In this document: piece by piece, positions 35,898 to 46,591 of the stretch
How the letters are laid out: the number at the start of each line of letters is the position of its first letter
Numbering within the stretch: the stretch's first letter is position 1
Notes under the pieces: generated by a model
Told to the model about the DNA's origin: nothing
What the model saw: the letters and a program-made list of their open reading frames with translations, nothing else
Database searches by the model: none
NCBI GenBank assembly: GCA_045637165.1
Contig: JAZTYU010000008.1
Coordinates: forward strand, 12,524 to 76,523
Length of the DNA: 64,000 nucleotides
Source: Candidatus Enterousia sp.
GTDB taxonomy: Bacteria; Pseudomonadota; Alphaproteobacteria; Rs-D84
Reading direction: 5' to 3'
Position numbers and translations under genes: made by a program

Positions 35898-35921
35898 ATA
35901 ATATTTCGTATGGGATATAAT
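35892..35921 (+). promoter_or_regulatory. Candidate promoter for leader RNA copy A, sharing the palindromic TTGCAA -35 with the divergent tRNA promoter
   Basis: TTGCAA (35892-97), 18-nt spacer, TATAAT (35916-21). Confidence 0.4.
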
Positions 35922-35927
35922 ACCGAT

Positions 35928-36099
35928 TGTAATGGGGAACCCGTTATGCGAGATTAGAACTCTCGCCCAACAGTCGTCTGCGCAGACGTTAATTGCTCCA
36001 ATCCGTTGGGTTGGAGGGTGGCTAATACATTGAATAACCACTGAGCATACTGTTGTGCAAAGTTCTAACCTCCAACCACCCTATTACGGTGGTTTTTTT
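35928..36099 (+). promoter_or_regulatory. Leader RNA copy A: ~170-nt terminator/antiterminator element, paralog of 27597-27771
   Basis: Hairpin CGTCT-GCGC-AGACG (35975-88). Seg1 GCTCCAATCC (35995-36004), seg2 GGTTGGAGGG (36009-18), seg3 AACCTCCAACC (36067-77). Terminator AACCACC-N7-GGTGGTT plus T7 (36074-99). Confidence 0.55.
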
Positions 36100-36118
36100 A
36101 TAAATTTTGGGGGCAATT

Positions 36119-36304
36119 ATGCATATTATTGACCAAATCGAAGAATACAGACAAGTAAACCAAATCCCAGTTTTTCAAATTTGCAATACAATTGGCGTTT
36201 CGGAATCTGAATATTCAAATATGCTATCCCATCATATTTGTCCTACAATATTCAGTTTGATAATGTTTATAAATGCAACAAAAAATCCCCTAAAAAACAT
36301 ATAA
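36119..36304 (+). CDS. Small XRE-like HTH protein (61 aa)
   Basis: The ATG at 36119 lies 20 nt after the leader terminator. IEEYRQVNQIPVFQICNTIGVSESEYSNMLSHHICPTIFSLIMFINA fits the HTH_XRE helix pattern. Weak RBS (GGGGG). Confidence 0.45.
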   Translation: MHIIDQIEEYRQVNQIPVFQICNTIGVSESEYSNMLSHHICPTIFSLIMFINATKNPLKNI

Positions 36305-36330
36305 AAAAGCCGGTAAAAACCGGCATTTTT
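36303..36330. terminator. Bidirectional terminator (CCGG-core family) between the XRE-like ORF and accC
   Basis: A6-GCCGG-TAAAAA-CCGGC-ATTTTT. It overlaps both stop codons. Confidence 0.6.
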
Positions 36331-37678
36331 ATTCTTCGTTTTTTAGGAATTTTTCCAACCATTTATTGTCAAAATTTAACTGTTTTACATCTTTGTTTTT
36401 TAACAGTTTTTGTTGCAAAGGAATGGTTGTTTTAACGCCTTCTATAACAAATTCGTCCAACGCACGTGTTGCACGCATCAAGCATGCAGGTCTGTTTTGT
36501 GCATGAACAATCAATTTTGCAATCATTGAATCGTATGTTGGTGGAATTGTATAACCTGTATAAACAGCACTATCGACACGAACGCCCAAACCACCTGATG
36601 GTGCATACAGTGTAATTTTTCCAGGGTTTGGAATAAAAGTTTCAGGGTCTTCGGCATTTATGCGAAATTCGATTGCGTGTCCATTCGGGATAACATTTGA
36701 TTGTGTGTATCCTAACTTTTCGCCTGCTGCGATACGAATTTGTTCACGAACTAAATCCACCCCATAAACCATTTCTGTCACAGGATGTTCCACCTGTAAT
36801 CTGGTATTCATTTCCAAGAAATAGAATTTGCCATCTTCGAACATAAATTCAAAAGTTCCTGCATTGACATATCCCATTTTTTTTGCTGCTGTTTTGCAGA
36901 TTTCAATCATATCATCACGTTGTTTTTGTGATAATATGGCGGCTGGGCATTCTTCCATAACCTTTTGGTTGCGTCTTTGCAGAGAACAATCACGTTCACC
37001 AAAGATAACGACATTTCCGTGCATGTCGCCCAATACCTGAAATTCTATATGACGTGGGTGGGTCAGTAATTTTTCCATATACAGCGTTCCGTCCCCAAAA
37101 GCCGACTGTGCCTCATTTTTAGTCAGTTGGAACGCTTCGCTCATTTCGTCTGAATTCATAACGGGGCGCATACCACGACCACCACCCCCAGCGGCTGCCT
37201 TTAACATAACGGGATAACCGATTTTTTCGGCCACATCCAACGCCATTTCTAATGAATCGACCGCCCCATCAGACCCTGGCACAACTGGCAAACCACATTC
37301 CACAGCGGTCTTTTTTGCATTTACCTTGTCGCCCATACGAATAATCATTTCTGGCGAAGGTCCAATCCAAATCATACCGTGCTGTTCAACTTTGTGTGCA
37401 AAGTCTGCCCGTTCAGACAAAAAACCATATCCTGGGTGAATTGCGTCTGCATTTGTCAGCAATGCTGCGGTTAAAATTGCAGACTCATTCAAATAAGATT
37501 CACGTGCTGGTGCAGGTCCGATACACACAGACTCGTCTGCCAACTGCACATGCATTGCGTCCTTGTCAGCGGTTGAATACACAGCGACTGTTCGAATACC
37601 CATATCCCGACAGGCACGAATAACACGCAGGGCAATTTCCCCACGGTTTGCGATTAAAACTTTTTTTATTTGTGACAT
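36329..37678 (-). CDS. accC: Acetyl-CoA carboxylase biotin carboxylase subunit
   Basis: Start at the internal ATG (MSQIKKVLIANRGEIALRVIRA). ATP-grasp motifs. Confidence 0.9.
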   Translation of the reverse strand: MSQIKKVLIANRGEIALRVIRACRDMGIRTVAVYSTADKDAMHVQLADESVCIGPAPARESYLNESAILTAALLTNADAIHPGYGFLSERADFAHKVEQHGMIWIGPSPEMIIRMGDKVNAKKTAVECGLPVVPGSDGAVDSLEMALDVAEKIGYPVMLKAAAGGGGRGMRPVMNSDEMSEAFQLTKNEAQSAFGDGTLYMEKLLTHPRHIEFQVLGDMHGNVVIFGERDCSLQRRNQKVMEECPAAILSQKQRDDMIEICKTAAKKMGYVNAGTFEFMFEDGKFYFLEMNTRLQVEHPVTEMVYGVDLVREQIRIAAGEKLGYTQSNVIPNGHAIEFRINAEDPETFIPNPGKITLYAPSGGLGVRVDSAVYTGYTIPPTYDSMIAKLIVHAQNRPACLMRATRALDEFVIEGVKTTIPLQQKLLKNKDVKQLNFDNKWLEKFLKNEE

Positions 37679-37679
37679 C

Positions 37680-38123
37680 TTATTCGATAATGATAATAGG
37701 TTGGTCAAATTCAACTGCTGCACCATCTTTGGCCAAGATTTCTTTTACAACGCCGTCTTTGTCGGATTTGATTGGGTTAAATGTTTTCATTGCTTCAACT
37801 AATGCGACGGTATCGCCAGCCTTGACAGATGCACCGACACTAACAAATGGTTCTGCCCCTGGTTCTGGTGCCAGATACACAACACCAACCATTGGTGATT
37901 TCAGTGCATATCCGCTGATTTCTGTTTTTTCTGTTGAATCTGCTTTTGCAGGTTTTGCATCAGAATCTGTTGTTCCCGATGCGACTGCAACGGTCTTTTG
38001 TTTTGATAAATGAATATGCTTACGATACAAGCCAAACAAAAATTGGCGTTCTAAATCTAACTCTGTAATTCCCATATCGTCCATAATTTTTGACATAGAC
38101 TCTACGGTTGCACGAAAAGACAT
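37680..38123 (-). CDS. accB: Biotin carboxyl carrier protein
   Basis: C-terminal biotinyl domain with an EAMK motif (VEAMKTFN); 147 aa. Confidence 0.85.
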   Translation of the reverse strand: MSFRATVESMSKIMDDMGITELDLERQFLFGLYRKHIHLSKQKTVAVASGTTDSDAKPAKADSTEKTEISGYALKSPMVGVVYLAPEPGAEPFVSVGASVKAGDTVALVEAMKTFNPIKSDKDGVVKEILAKDGAAVEFDQPIIIIE

Positions 38124-38190
38124 TTTAATCCCTTTATTTATAGTTCACTGTCATGCACAATATGAAATTTTATCATATTCTGTCCCATTG

Positions 38191-38419
38191 TCAAGGCACG
38201 GGGTCATATCCGCACCCACCCCCTGGGCGACATCTGCAAATACGTTTGCACCCCAACCAAACGCCTTTGAATGCCCCGTATTTTATAATTGCCTGGCGTG
38301 TATATTCACTGCATGTTGGGACAAATCTGCACGTTGCCCTGCCCCCAAAAACTGGCGACAAAGCCATCTGATAAAATCGCACGACGCCCAACGCAATTCT
38401 TTGCAAAAAGGAAAAATTA

Positions 38420-38430
<11 letters not shown>
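38191..38430 (-). CDS. yidD: Membrane protein insertion efficiency factor YidD
   Basis: CRF.PTCSEY...C.P....GYDPVP signature; 79 aa. Confidence 0.8.
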
Positions 38431-39928
<1,498 letters not shown>

Positions 39929-39936
39929 AAAACAAC

Positions 39937-39964
39937 AAAAAAACCGGCAAAAGCCGGTTTTTTT
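39937..39964. terminator. Bidirectional terminator (CCGG-core family) between mreB and der
   Basis: A7-CCGGC-AAAA-GCCGG-T7. Confidence 0.65.
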
Positions 39965-41297
39965 AATCGTATGGATTTTCTGATTTTTCGTATTCTATTA
40001 TTATTGGCAAGTGTTCCCATTTTAGTGCCGTTGCCAACCCACGACGCAGATATCTGGTATAAGATTCTGGAATATCAGATGCCCCACCAACATTGATTGT
40101 AATCTTCATTGGATGACGACCTGTCTGGCGTGCAAACTTGATTTTCATTGGTCGTTTCAGTCGTGACAAAGGCGGTTGTCTGTCAGCGACCAGTTTTTCT
40201 ACAATTCTGTTGATTAAACTGGTTGGTGCAGTTGCATTTGAAATATCCCACTGTTCATATATACGACGGAACATATTTTGAACGCCTGTTCCTGTTTCTG
40301 CTGACACGGCCAAAATCATAGGTTTTATAATCTGGTGAAAAGAATTAGAAAACTGATGTTTTAATTTCAGTAATTTTTCATCACGATTTTCTGGCTCGAC
40401 CAAATCCCACTTATTCAGTGCCACGCACAATATTTTACCGGCGTTATAAACACGTGCCGCAATTCCCAAGGCTTGGTTTTCGATATTTCTGGTTGCATCA
40501 ACCATCAAAATAACAACATTAGCCTTGTCGATTGCGTCCAATGATTTCAGTGCCGACAATGTTTCAACATCATCTGTAACCCCCGCCTTGCGACGAAGTC
40601 CGGCAGTATCCATCAGAACGATATCCCGTCCATAGAACTTTGTTGGGATTTTTACTGTATCTCTGGTAATTCCAGGTGCGTCCATAACGATTTGTCTTTT
40701 TTCGCCCAGCACACGGTTTACAAAGGTTGATTTTCCGACGTTTGGCTGCCCCAGAACGGCAATTTTGATTCTGTTGTCTTGGGTCTTTTCTGGCACAGGT
40801 GCATTTGCTGCATCCCCTGCGATTTTATCCAAGAATTCATAAATGCTATCAAATCCACGTTTGTGTTCAGCGGCCACTAAAACAGGTTCGCCAAACCCCA
40901 GTTTGTAAAAATCGTGAACATTTGCCAGTCGTTTTTCCGATTCGCTTTTATTGACCAACAACTTTACAGGTGCTTTTGTTTTTCTGCGGACTAATTTTGC
41001 CCAATCCAAATCTTCATTGGTCAGCCCCACACGACCATCGACAACAAACAAAACCGCATTTGCGTTTGCGATTTCATCAATCGCCATATTTGTAGAATCC
41101 AGTGCAATTCCGGCGTTTGCACGTTCCAGCCCTGCCGTATCAACCAGTGTATATGGTCGATTATGAAATGTGCCTGAAATCGTATCACGTGTGACCCCAG
41201 GTCTATCATGAACCAGTGCATCACGTGTTCCCGTCAATGCATTAAATAATGTCGATTTACCCGTATTTGGGCGTCCTGCTATAACTATTTTCATCAT
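39963..41297 (-). CDS. der: Ribosome-biogenesis GTPase Der (EngA)
   Basis: Two tandem GTPase domains (GRPNTGKST and GQPNVGKST) plus a KH-like C-terminus. Start at the internal ATG. Confidence 0.9.
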   Translation of the reverse strand: MMKIVIAGRPNTGKSTLFNALTGTRDALVHDRPGVTRDTISGTFHNRPYTLVDTAGLERANAGIALDSTNMAIDEIANANAVLFVVDGRVGLTNEDLDWAKLVRRKTKAPVKLLVNKSESEKRLANVHDFYKLGFGEPVLVAAEHKRGFDSIYEFLDKIAGDAANAPVPEKTQDNRIKIAVLGQPNVGKSTFVNRVLGEKRQIVMDAPGITRDTVKIPTKFYGRDIVLMDTAGLRRKAGVTDDVETLSALKSLDAIDKANVVILMVDATRNIENQALGIAARVYNAGKILCVALNKWDLVEPENRDEKLLKLKHQFSNSFHQIIKPMILAVSAETGTGVQNMFRRIYEQWDISNATAPTSLINRIVEKLVADRQPPLSRLKRPMKIKFARQTGRHPMKITINVGGASDIPESYTRYLRRGLATALKWEHLPIIIEYEKSENPYD

Positions 41298-41363
41298 AAC
41301 TTTTTCCATTGATTTTTTGTAATTATAAAGCAAAAATATAAATAATCAAATAGGGGCGTAAAT

Positions 41364-41960
41364 ATGAAGAAAAAAATCAAGAACATATTCAAGCACACAC
41401 GTAATCTGATTGTGAATCCAAAACGCTATTTTACCAAGATAGTTGCTGACGGCAACATGGAAGAATCAATGTTAAAGGCGTTTTTATACGGTTTGTTGGG
41501 TGGTTGCCTTGTTTTGTTGATTCGCCTGCTTGGTGGTGCGACAATAACATTAGGGGCTGTTTTTACAGCAATTGTAATTGTTCCTGTTTTGGCGGTCGCC
41601 TTGTTATTTGTTATGGGTGGTCTGATGATGTTAGTATCTGAAATCACCGGTGGCGAACGTGATTGGGAAATTGCGATAAAGGGTCTGGCGTCTATATTCT
41701 TTATTTATCCTGTTATATTGGTTTTGAATGCGCTGGCATTTAATTGCACGTCTATTTGGGTTATCAGTATGATGGTTGACATTTATATATTGTTCTTGTT
41801 TTACAATATATCATTGTATTGTATGCGTGGCAAACGTGGCAATGTCATCATAGTAATTGGCATCTTGGCATTATTTATTGCGACGGTTTATGCGACCGAC
41901 TATCGTATTGGTTGGTTTATGTTAAAGAACACCAGTGCGACCCTTGCGTGCTTATTATAA
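41364..41960 (+). CDS. Multi-pass membrane protein (Yip1-domain-like)
   Basis: 198 aa with 5 predicted hydrophobic helices. The family call is a weak guess. Confidence 0.35.
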   Translation: MKKKIKNIFKHTRNLIVNPKRYFTKIVADGNMEESMLKAFLYGLLGGCLVLLIRLLGGATITLGAVFTAIVIVPVLAVALLFVMGGLMMLVSEITGGERDWEIAIKGLASIFFIYPVILVLNALAFNCTSIWVISMMVDIYILFLFYNISLYCMRGKRGNVIIVIGILALFIATVYATDYRIGWFMLKNTSATLACLL

Positions 41961-41962
41961 TG

Positions 41963-41994
41963 AAAAAGCCGGCAAATGCCGGTTTTTTTTTTTT
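41963..41994 (+). terminator. Terminator (CCGG-core family)
   Basis: AAAAAGCCGGC-AAAT-GCCGG followed by T12. Confidence 0.65.
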
Positions 41995-42076
41995 GGGATT
42001 ACAGATAAATTGCCCCCTGTCCTTGGATATGATATAATATGACCAATATCAAACCGACCAAGGGACTTATAAAAAC

Positions 42077-42817
42077 ATGACAGCAAAAGCCAAAAACAAA
42101 ACTAAAATTGAAAATATAATATCATTGCACGATATAAATAAAAGTTTCCCATTGGAATTGGGCGGCTTTCAACAGGTATTATTTGATATAAATTTTGATA
42201 TCAAGCCCGGGGAATTTGTTGCGATAATGGGGCCATCAGGGTCTGGCAAATCAACATGTATGAACATTATTGGTGCATTGGACACACCAACATCTGGGGT
42301 TTATGAGTTATATGGTCGTGATGTGACAGGTTTAACCCCTGATGAATTGGCGATTGTTCGCAATGAATACATTGGTTTTGTTTTTCAGCAGTTTAATTTA
42401 TTACCAAAACGCACTGTTCTGGATAATGTGATGTTGCCATTGATGTATCAAGGTCTGCCAATGGACGAACGAATCCGCCGGGCCCGTGAAATGTTGGCAC
42501 GTGTTGGTCTGGAAAACTTTGAAAGTTATTTGCCGACACAACTTTCAGGCGGTATGAAGCAGCGTGTTGCGATTGCCCGTGCATTGGCGGGAAATCCTAA
42601 ATTGATTCTTGCGGACGAACCCACTGGTGCTTTGGACAGTAAAATGGGAAACGAGATATTACAGTTTTTCAAAAAACTAAACCAAGACCTGGGTATAACT
42701 ATTGTAATGATTACCCATGAATTTGACATTGCACGCTATGCAAATCGACTGATACATATTCGTGATGGACGCATAAATTATGATGGTCCTGTTCCAAAGA
42801 ACGATAATAATTTATAA
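42077..42817 (+). CDS. ABC transporter ATP-binding protein (MacB/LolD-type)
   Basis: Walker A GPSGSGKST, signature LSGGMKQR, Walker B ILADEPT. Confidence 0.85.
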   Translation: MTAKAKNKTKIENIISLHDINKSFPLELGGFQQVLFDINFDIKPGEFVAIMGPSGSGKSTCMNIIGALDTPTSGVYELYGRDVTGLTPDELAIVRNEYIGFVFQQFNLLPKRTVLDNVMLPLMYQGLPMDERIRRAREMLARVGLENFESYLPTQLSGGMKQRVAIARALAGNPKLILADEPTGALDSKMGNEILQFFKKLNQDLGITIVMITHEFDIARYANRLIHIRDGRINYDGPVPKNDNNL

Positions 42818-42836
42818 ACATTTTAATGGGGGGAAT

Positions 42837-44054
42837 ATGACACTTAACGACATTTTAAAAGAATCCTGGTTGTCAATCAGTGGCAATAAAATCCGTTCGT
42901 TTTTGACGGTCTTGGGGATTATTATCGGGGTGATGGCGGTTGTTATAATGGTTGCGGTTGGTGAAACTGTTCAGCGTGAAATAACTGACCAGTTTTCATC
43001 ACTTGGGACAAACACAATAATGATACGTGCAGGTGCGGCCCAATCTGCTGGTGTTCGCACAGGCAATCGTCAAACGCTTACTATCCAAGACGCGGAATTT
43101 ATTGCAAAATTACCTGATGTAATGGCAGTTTCACCTGTTCAAAATGGTTCTGCCCAGGCAATATATGGCAACAAAAACTGGGGAACATCAATGGTCGGTG
43201 TTTACCCTGATTATACAACCGTCCAGAATATTGAAATGGAATACGGAACGTTTTTTGATACCGCTGCTGTCCGCAACGCATCGACATATGCTGTAATTGG
43301 GCCTGAAACAGCCGAAGAACTAGGTCTGCCAGAAAATCCCATTGGTCAGGTTATTCGTGTTCAAAACACACCGTTTGTTGTTATTGGTGTTACCCGTGCC
43401 AAGGGTGATTCTGCAATGGGCAGCCAAGACGATATGATAATAATTCCAATAACAACGTTAAAGAAACGCCTGCAAGGTTCACGTTTTCCAAATTCTGTGA
43501 ATATGATTGCGTTAAAATTATTCCCTGATTCTGACAATGGGGCCGCCATTGAACAAATGACCGCCCTGCTGCGTCAGCGTCATCGCTTAAAAGACGATGC
43601 GGTTGATGATTTTCAAATTATGGATATGAAACAGGTAATGGAAACAATGACAACGGTAACAGGATATATGAAATTGCTGTTGATTGCGATTGCGGCGGTT
43701 TCGTTGCTTGTTGGTGCGATTGGTATTATGAATATGATGTTGGTATCTGTGGCGGAACGCACCCGTGAAATCGGCATACGCAAGGCTATTGGGGCCCGTG
43801 AACGTATGATAATCATTCAGTTTTTATCAGAATCTGTTTTAATTTCATTTATTGGGTCAATGGTTGGTCTGATTATTGGTGTTGGCCTGTCCCAGGGGGT
43901 TGGTCGTTTTATACTGGGCTATAATGTTCCGTTCAGTATATGGCCAGTTGTGCTGTCTGTATCGGTTGCAGTTATTGTTGGCCTCTCTTCGGGCGTTATG
44001 CCAGCAATGAAGGCCGCCAAACTAAACCCAATCGACAGCCTGCGATATGAATAA
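42837..44054 (+). CDS. ABC transporter permease, MacB_PCD + FtsX type
   Basis: Start at the internal ATG (MTLNDILKESW...). One TM segment, a large periplasmic domain and three C-terminal TM segments (FtsX). 405 aa. Confidence 0.8.
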   Translation: MTLNDILKESWLSISGNKIRSFLTVLGIIIGVMAVVIMVAVGETVQREITDQFSSLGTNTIMIRAGAAQSAGVRTGNRQTLTIQDAEFIAKLPDVMAVSPVQNGSAQAIYGNKNWGTSMVGVYPDYTTVQNIEMEYGTFFDTAAVRNASTYAVIGPETAEELGLPENPIGQVIRVQNTPFVVIGVTRAKGDSAMGSQDDMIIIPITTLKKRLQGSRFPNSVNMIALKLFPDSDNGAAIEQMTALLRQRHRLKDDAVDDFQIMDMKQVMETMTTVTGYMKLLLIAIAAVSLLVGAIGIMNMMLVSVAERTREIGIRKAIGARERMIIIQFLSESVLISFIGSMVGLIIGVGLSQGVGRFILGYNVPFSIWPVVLSVSVAVIVGLSSGVMPAMKAAKLNPIDSLRYE

Positions 44055-44064
44055 CAAAGGAAAG

Positions 44065-44091
44065 AAAAAAGCCGGTGTTTACCGGCTTTTT
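44065..44091. terminator. Bidirectional terminator (CCGG-core family) between the ABC permease and gpsA
   Basis: A6-GCCGGT-GTTT-ACCGGC-TTTTT. Confidence 0.65.
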
Positions 44092-44093
44092 CA

Positions 44094-44957
44094 TTACATT
44101 TTTAATTTACTTTGCATCTGCACCAAGACCGGCACATCAACGCCCAGACTTTTTGCCCGTTCAATCAAACCGCACAGTGCAAAAATCCCTTCGACTGTGC
44201 CTGTTGGTTCTTCACCTCGTGCGATTGCCATACCGCCTGAAAAGTTTCTGCTGGTTGGGCTGGTCGCAGACAAGAACAAATCCCCTATTCCGCAAAGTCC
44301 CGAAAAAGTTTCAATTTTTGCCCCCATTGCCAATCCGATTTTAATCACTTCGTTCCAGGCCTGGGTAAAAATCAAAGCCCGTTCATTTTCGCCACCTGCG
44401 GCAACGCTGTTATATCCACAGATAAGTGCAACCGCATTTTTTCCGACCCCACAAACTTCTGCACCAATAACGTCATCACTATCGACCAGATACAGTTTGT
44501 TCAGTATTTCATTACCAGCGTCCAGTGCCTTGGTTGTTCCTGCTAATGTTGAACCTGTTGGAACACCTTTTGCAACTTCTGCTGCAAATTGTGGGCCCGA
44601 CAGAACACCAAATTCGACGCATTCTGGCAGTTCTGTTTGCAGAATTTCAGACATAAATTGTCCTGATGCACATTCTGCCCCTTTGGTGCAAATGATAACG
44701 GGCTGTCCATTGTATGAATTACGTGCTTTGCGAACAGTATCACGGAAATATGCCGCTGGTGTAACAACCATCCAAGCATCCATTTCTTTTAAATCGTCCA
44801 GATTTGCCGTCATACGAATATTTTGTGGTAAAACGACATCATCAAAAGATTTGTGTTCACCATCATAAGACCACAGCACAACATCAGTCCCACCACGTGC
44901 AGAAACGATTGCCAATGCTGTTCCCCAGGCCCCTGCCCCGATTACACCTACTTTCAT
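44094..44957 (-). CDS. gpsA: NAD(P)H-dependent glycerol-3-phosphate dehydrogenase
   Basis: MKVGVIGAGAWGTALA Rossmann motif. 287 aa, rather short for the family. Confidence 0.8.
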   Translation of the reverse strand: MKVGVIGAGAWGTALAIVSARGGTDVVLWSYDGEHKSFDDVVLPQNIRMTANLDDLKEMDAWMVVTPAAYFRDTVRKARNSYNGQPVIICTKGAECASGQFMSEILQTELPECVEFGVLSGPQFAAEVAKGVPTGSTLAGTTKALDAGNEILNKLYLVDSDDVIGAEVCGVGKNAVALICGYNSVAAGGENERALIFTQAWNEVIKIGLAMGAKIETFSGLCGIGDLFLSATSPTSRNFSGGMAIARGEEPTGTVEGIFALCGLIERAKSLGVDVPVLVQMQSKLKM

Positions 44958-46570
44958 TTTATTTTCCTTATTTTTCTTTGGATGTTGGGCACAACTGTCA
45001 ATCCATCATCTGATAAATCAATTGCCCTTTTGTATGCGTCTTTTGCCTTGTCAAACTCACCCTTTTCCACATACATATCACCCAAGTGTTCAAATAAAAC
45101 AGAACAAGTCTCAGATACATCACCGACTCGTTCCATCACTTCCAGTGCGGCATCAACACCCTCACGTGCCGCCACCACATACCCCAGCGTATCCCACGCC
45201 AAGATATCTGTTGGATTCTGCTGGACCAGCGTCATCGCATAGTCGTATGCATTATCCAATTCCCGATTCTGTGCAGCCCATATTTTGGCCTGCAAAGACA
45301 TAATTTCGCCATCGATTATCAATGTTTCGGCTGCATCCCGAATGTCGTCTTGTGCCGCATTCAGATTACCAAACGCATAATGAATCTGTGCACGGTTTTT
45401 CAAAAAGAACGCCCGCCCTACTTCGTCCAGATTTTCATCACTTAACGCACGTCGAACAATTCGCAAGGCCGCCCGTTTGTTTCCATTTTGAATATGATGC
45501 CCAATCAGTGTATTTACCCCAGGCACAAACAAAGGGTGCGATTCCAATGCTTCCTGTAATGGTTGCATATTTTTTGTTTTTTCCGCAATACGCAGAACAC
45601 CAAATAATTTAAATGGGCTGTCTGCATTTATTTTATTAAAATGCTGTTCAAAGTCGCCTTGGTTATAAAAGAAAAAGTTGCCCAAATAATAATCGACGGC
45701 ATTATTGCTGGCTGCAAATTCAGGTGCAGTAATTTCGGCAAAACGCAACAACAACATTGCCAAATCAGAATGCATCATAACACTGGTGTGTGAAACATTT
45801 TGGACCAAACTAAACGCCAGTTGATTTTTATAACCGCTGTAAACTGACCAATCTGGGACATTGTTAAAATCAGCCATAAACATACCTCCTGGCCGTGCGA
45901 TAAAATCTGCCTTTAATTGTTCTGCATTTTCAGGCATATCGTGATGCATATAAAATGACATTAAATACATATAGTCATTTATATTCATAAAATCTGGGCT
46001 AACAGCCAAGAAGTTTTCTGTTGCAGTTTTTATATCGCCTAATTCTGCATAGATTTGACCACGGACAAAAGATTTCCACGAAGTATTTGTTGGTAATGTA
46101 TCAATAAATTTAAATGTATTTGTTCGCCAATCGTTTGCAATCGCAGACCAAATACGCAATGGTGCTGACAACGCAGATTCATCATTTTTATGTCTGTTAT
46201 GCAATTCCTTCCAGTTATCGTTTTGAATCAAGTGTGCATCATAAATCAACTGTGCTGGTGTGCTTTTTTCGTTCTTTAACAGATGTGCATCAAACGGCAT
46301 ACGTCCGCCCAAGAAATCTGCCAAATAAACAGTGTTTTGCACAATTGGATATTGTTCATCATTCAGAATTGAAACAAATCCAGTTGCAGCATCAAAATCG
46401 TTGACATAGATTGCGTGCTGTGCCGCCAAGAATGCCCCATATTTTGTTTCTGGAAAATCATAAATTGCCACATTATTTTTACCGAACAAGTGTGTCCAAA
46501 TTGCCCCACCTGTTACAGCGACAATGGCAAACAAACTAACAGTGATAAATATTCTTTCTATTTTTCTCAT
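44954..46570 (-). CDS. TPR-repeat protein with N-terminal membrane anchor
   Basis: Start at the internal ATG (MRKIERIFITVSLFAIVAVTGGA). The C-terminal region has TPR-like repeats (...GDMYVEKGEFDKAKDAYKRAIDL). Confidence 0.55.
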   Translation of the reverse strand: MRKIERIFITVSLFAIVAVTGGAIWTHLFGKNNVAIYDFPETKYGAFLAAQHAIYVNDFDAATGFVSILNDEQYPIVQNTVYLADFLGGRMPFDAHLLKNEKSTPAQLIYDAHLIQNDNWKELHNRHKNDESALSAPLRIWSAIANDWRTNTFKFIDTLPTNTSWKSFVRGQIYAELGDIKTATENFLAVSPDFMNINDYMYLMSFYMHHDMPENAEQLKADFIARPGGMFMADFNNVPDWSVYSGYKNQLAFSLVQNVSHTSVMMHSDLAMLLLRFAEITAPEFAASNNAVDYYLGNFFFYNQGDFEQHFNKINADSPFKLFGVLRIAEKTKNMQPLQEALESHPLFVPGVNTLIGHHIQNGNKRAALRIVRRALSDENLDEVGRAFFLKNRAQIHYAFGNLNAAQDDIRDAAETLIIDGEIMSLQAKIWAAQNRELDNAYDYAMTLVQQNPTDILAWDTLGYVVAAREGVDAALEVMERVGDVSETCSVLFEHLGDMYVEKGEFDKAKDAYKRAIDLSDDGLTVVPNIQRKIRKIK

Positions 46571-46591
46571 AACTATGCTAGAATAACGCTT

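Noticed and set aside
35928-36099. Possibility that the structured RNA next to the tRNA/integrase site is tmRNA (a common integration target) or a known riboswitch
   Set aside because: It has no tRNA-like acceptor or T-arm (no GGTTCGA-type T-loop and no CCA end). It has no ANDN...LAA-type tag frame ending in a stop. By eye I found none of the conserved cores of the TPP, cobalamin, SAM-II, c-di-GMP, fluoride, preQ1, glycine or ZTP classes. This is only a visual check; an Rfam scan is still needed.
44047-44868. 273-aa plus-strand ORF
   Set aside because: It is antisense to gpsA (clear Rossmann-motif protein). Its translation is Ser/Pro/Thr-rich and featureless.
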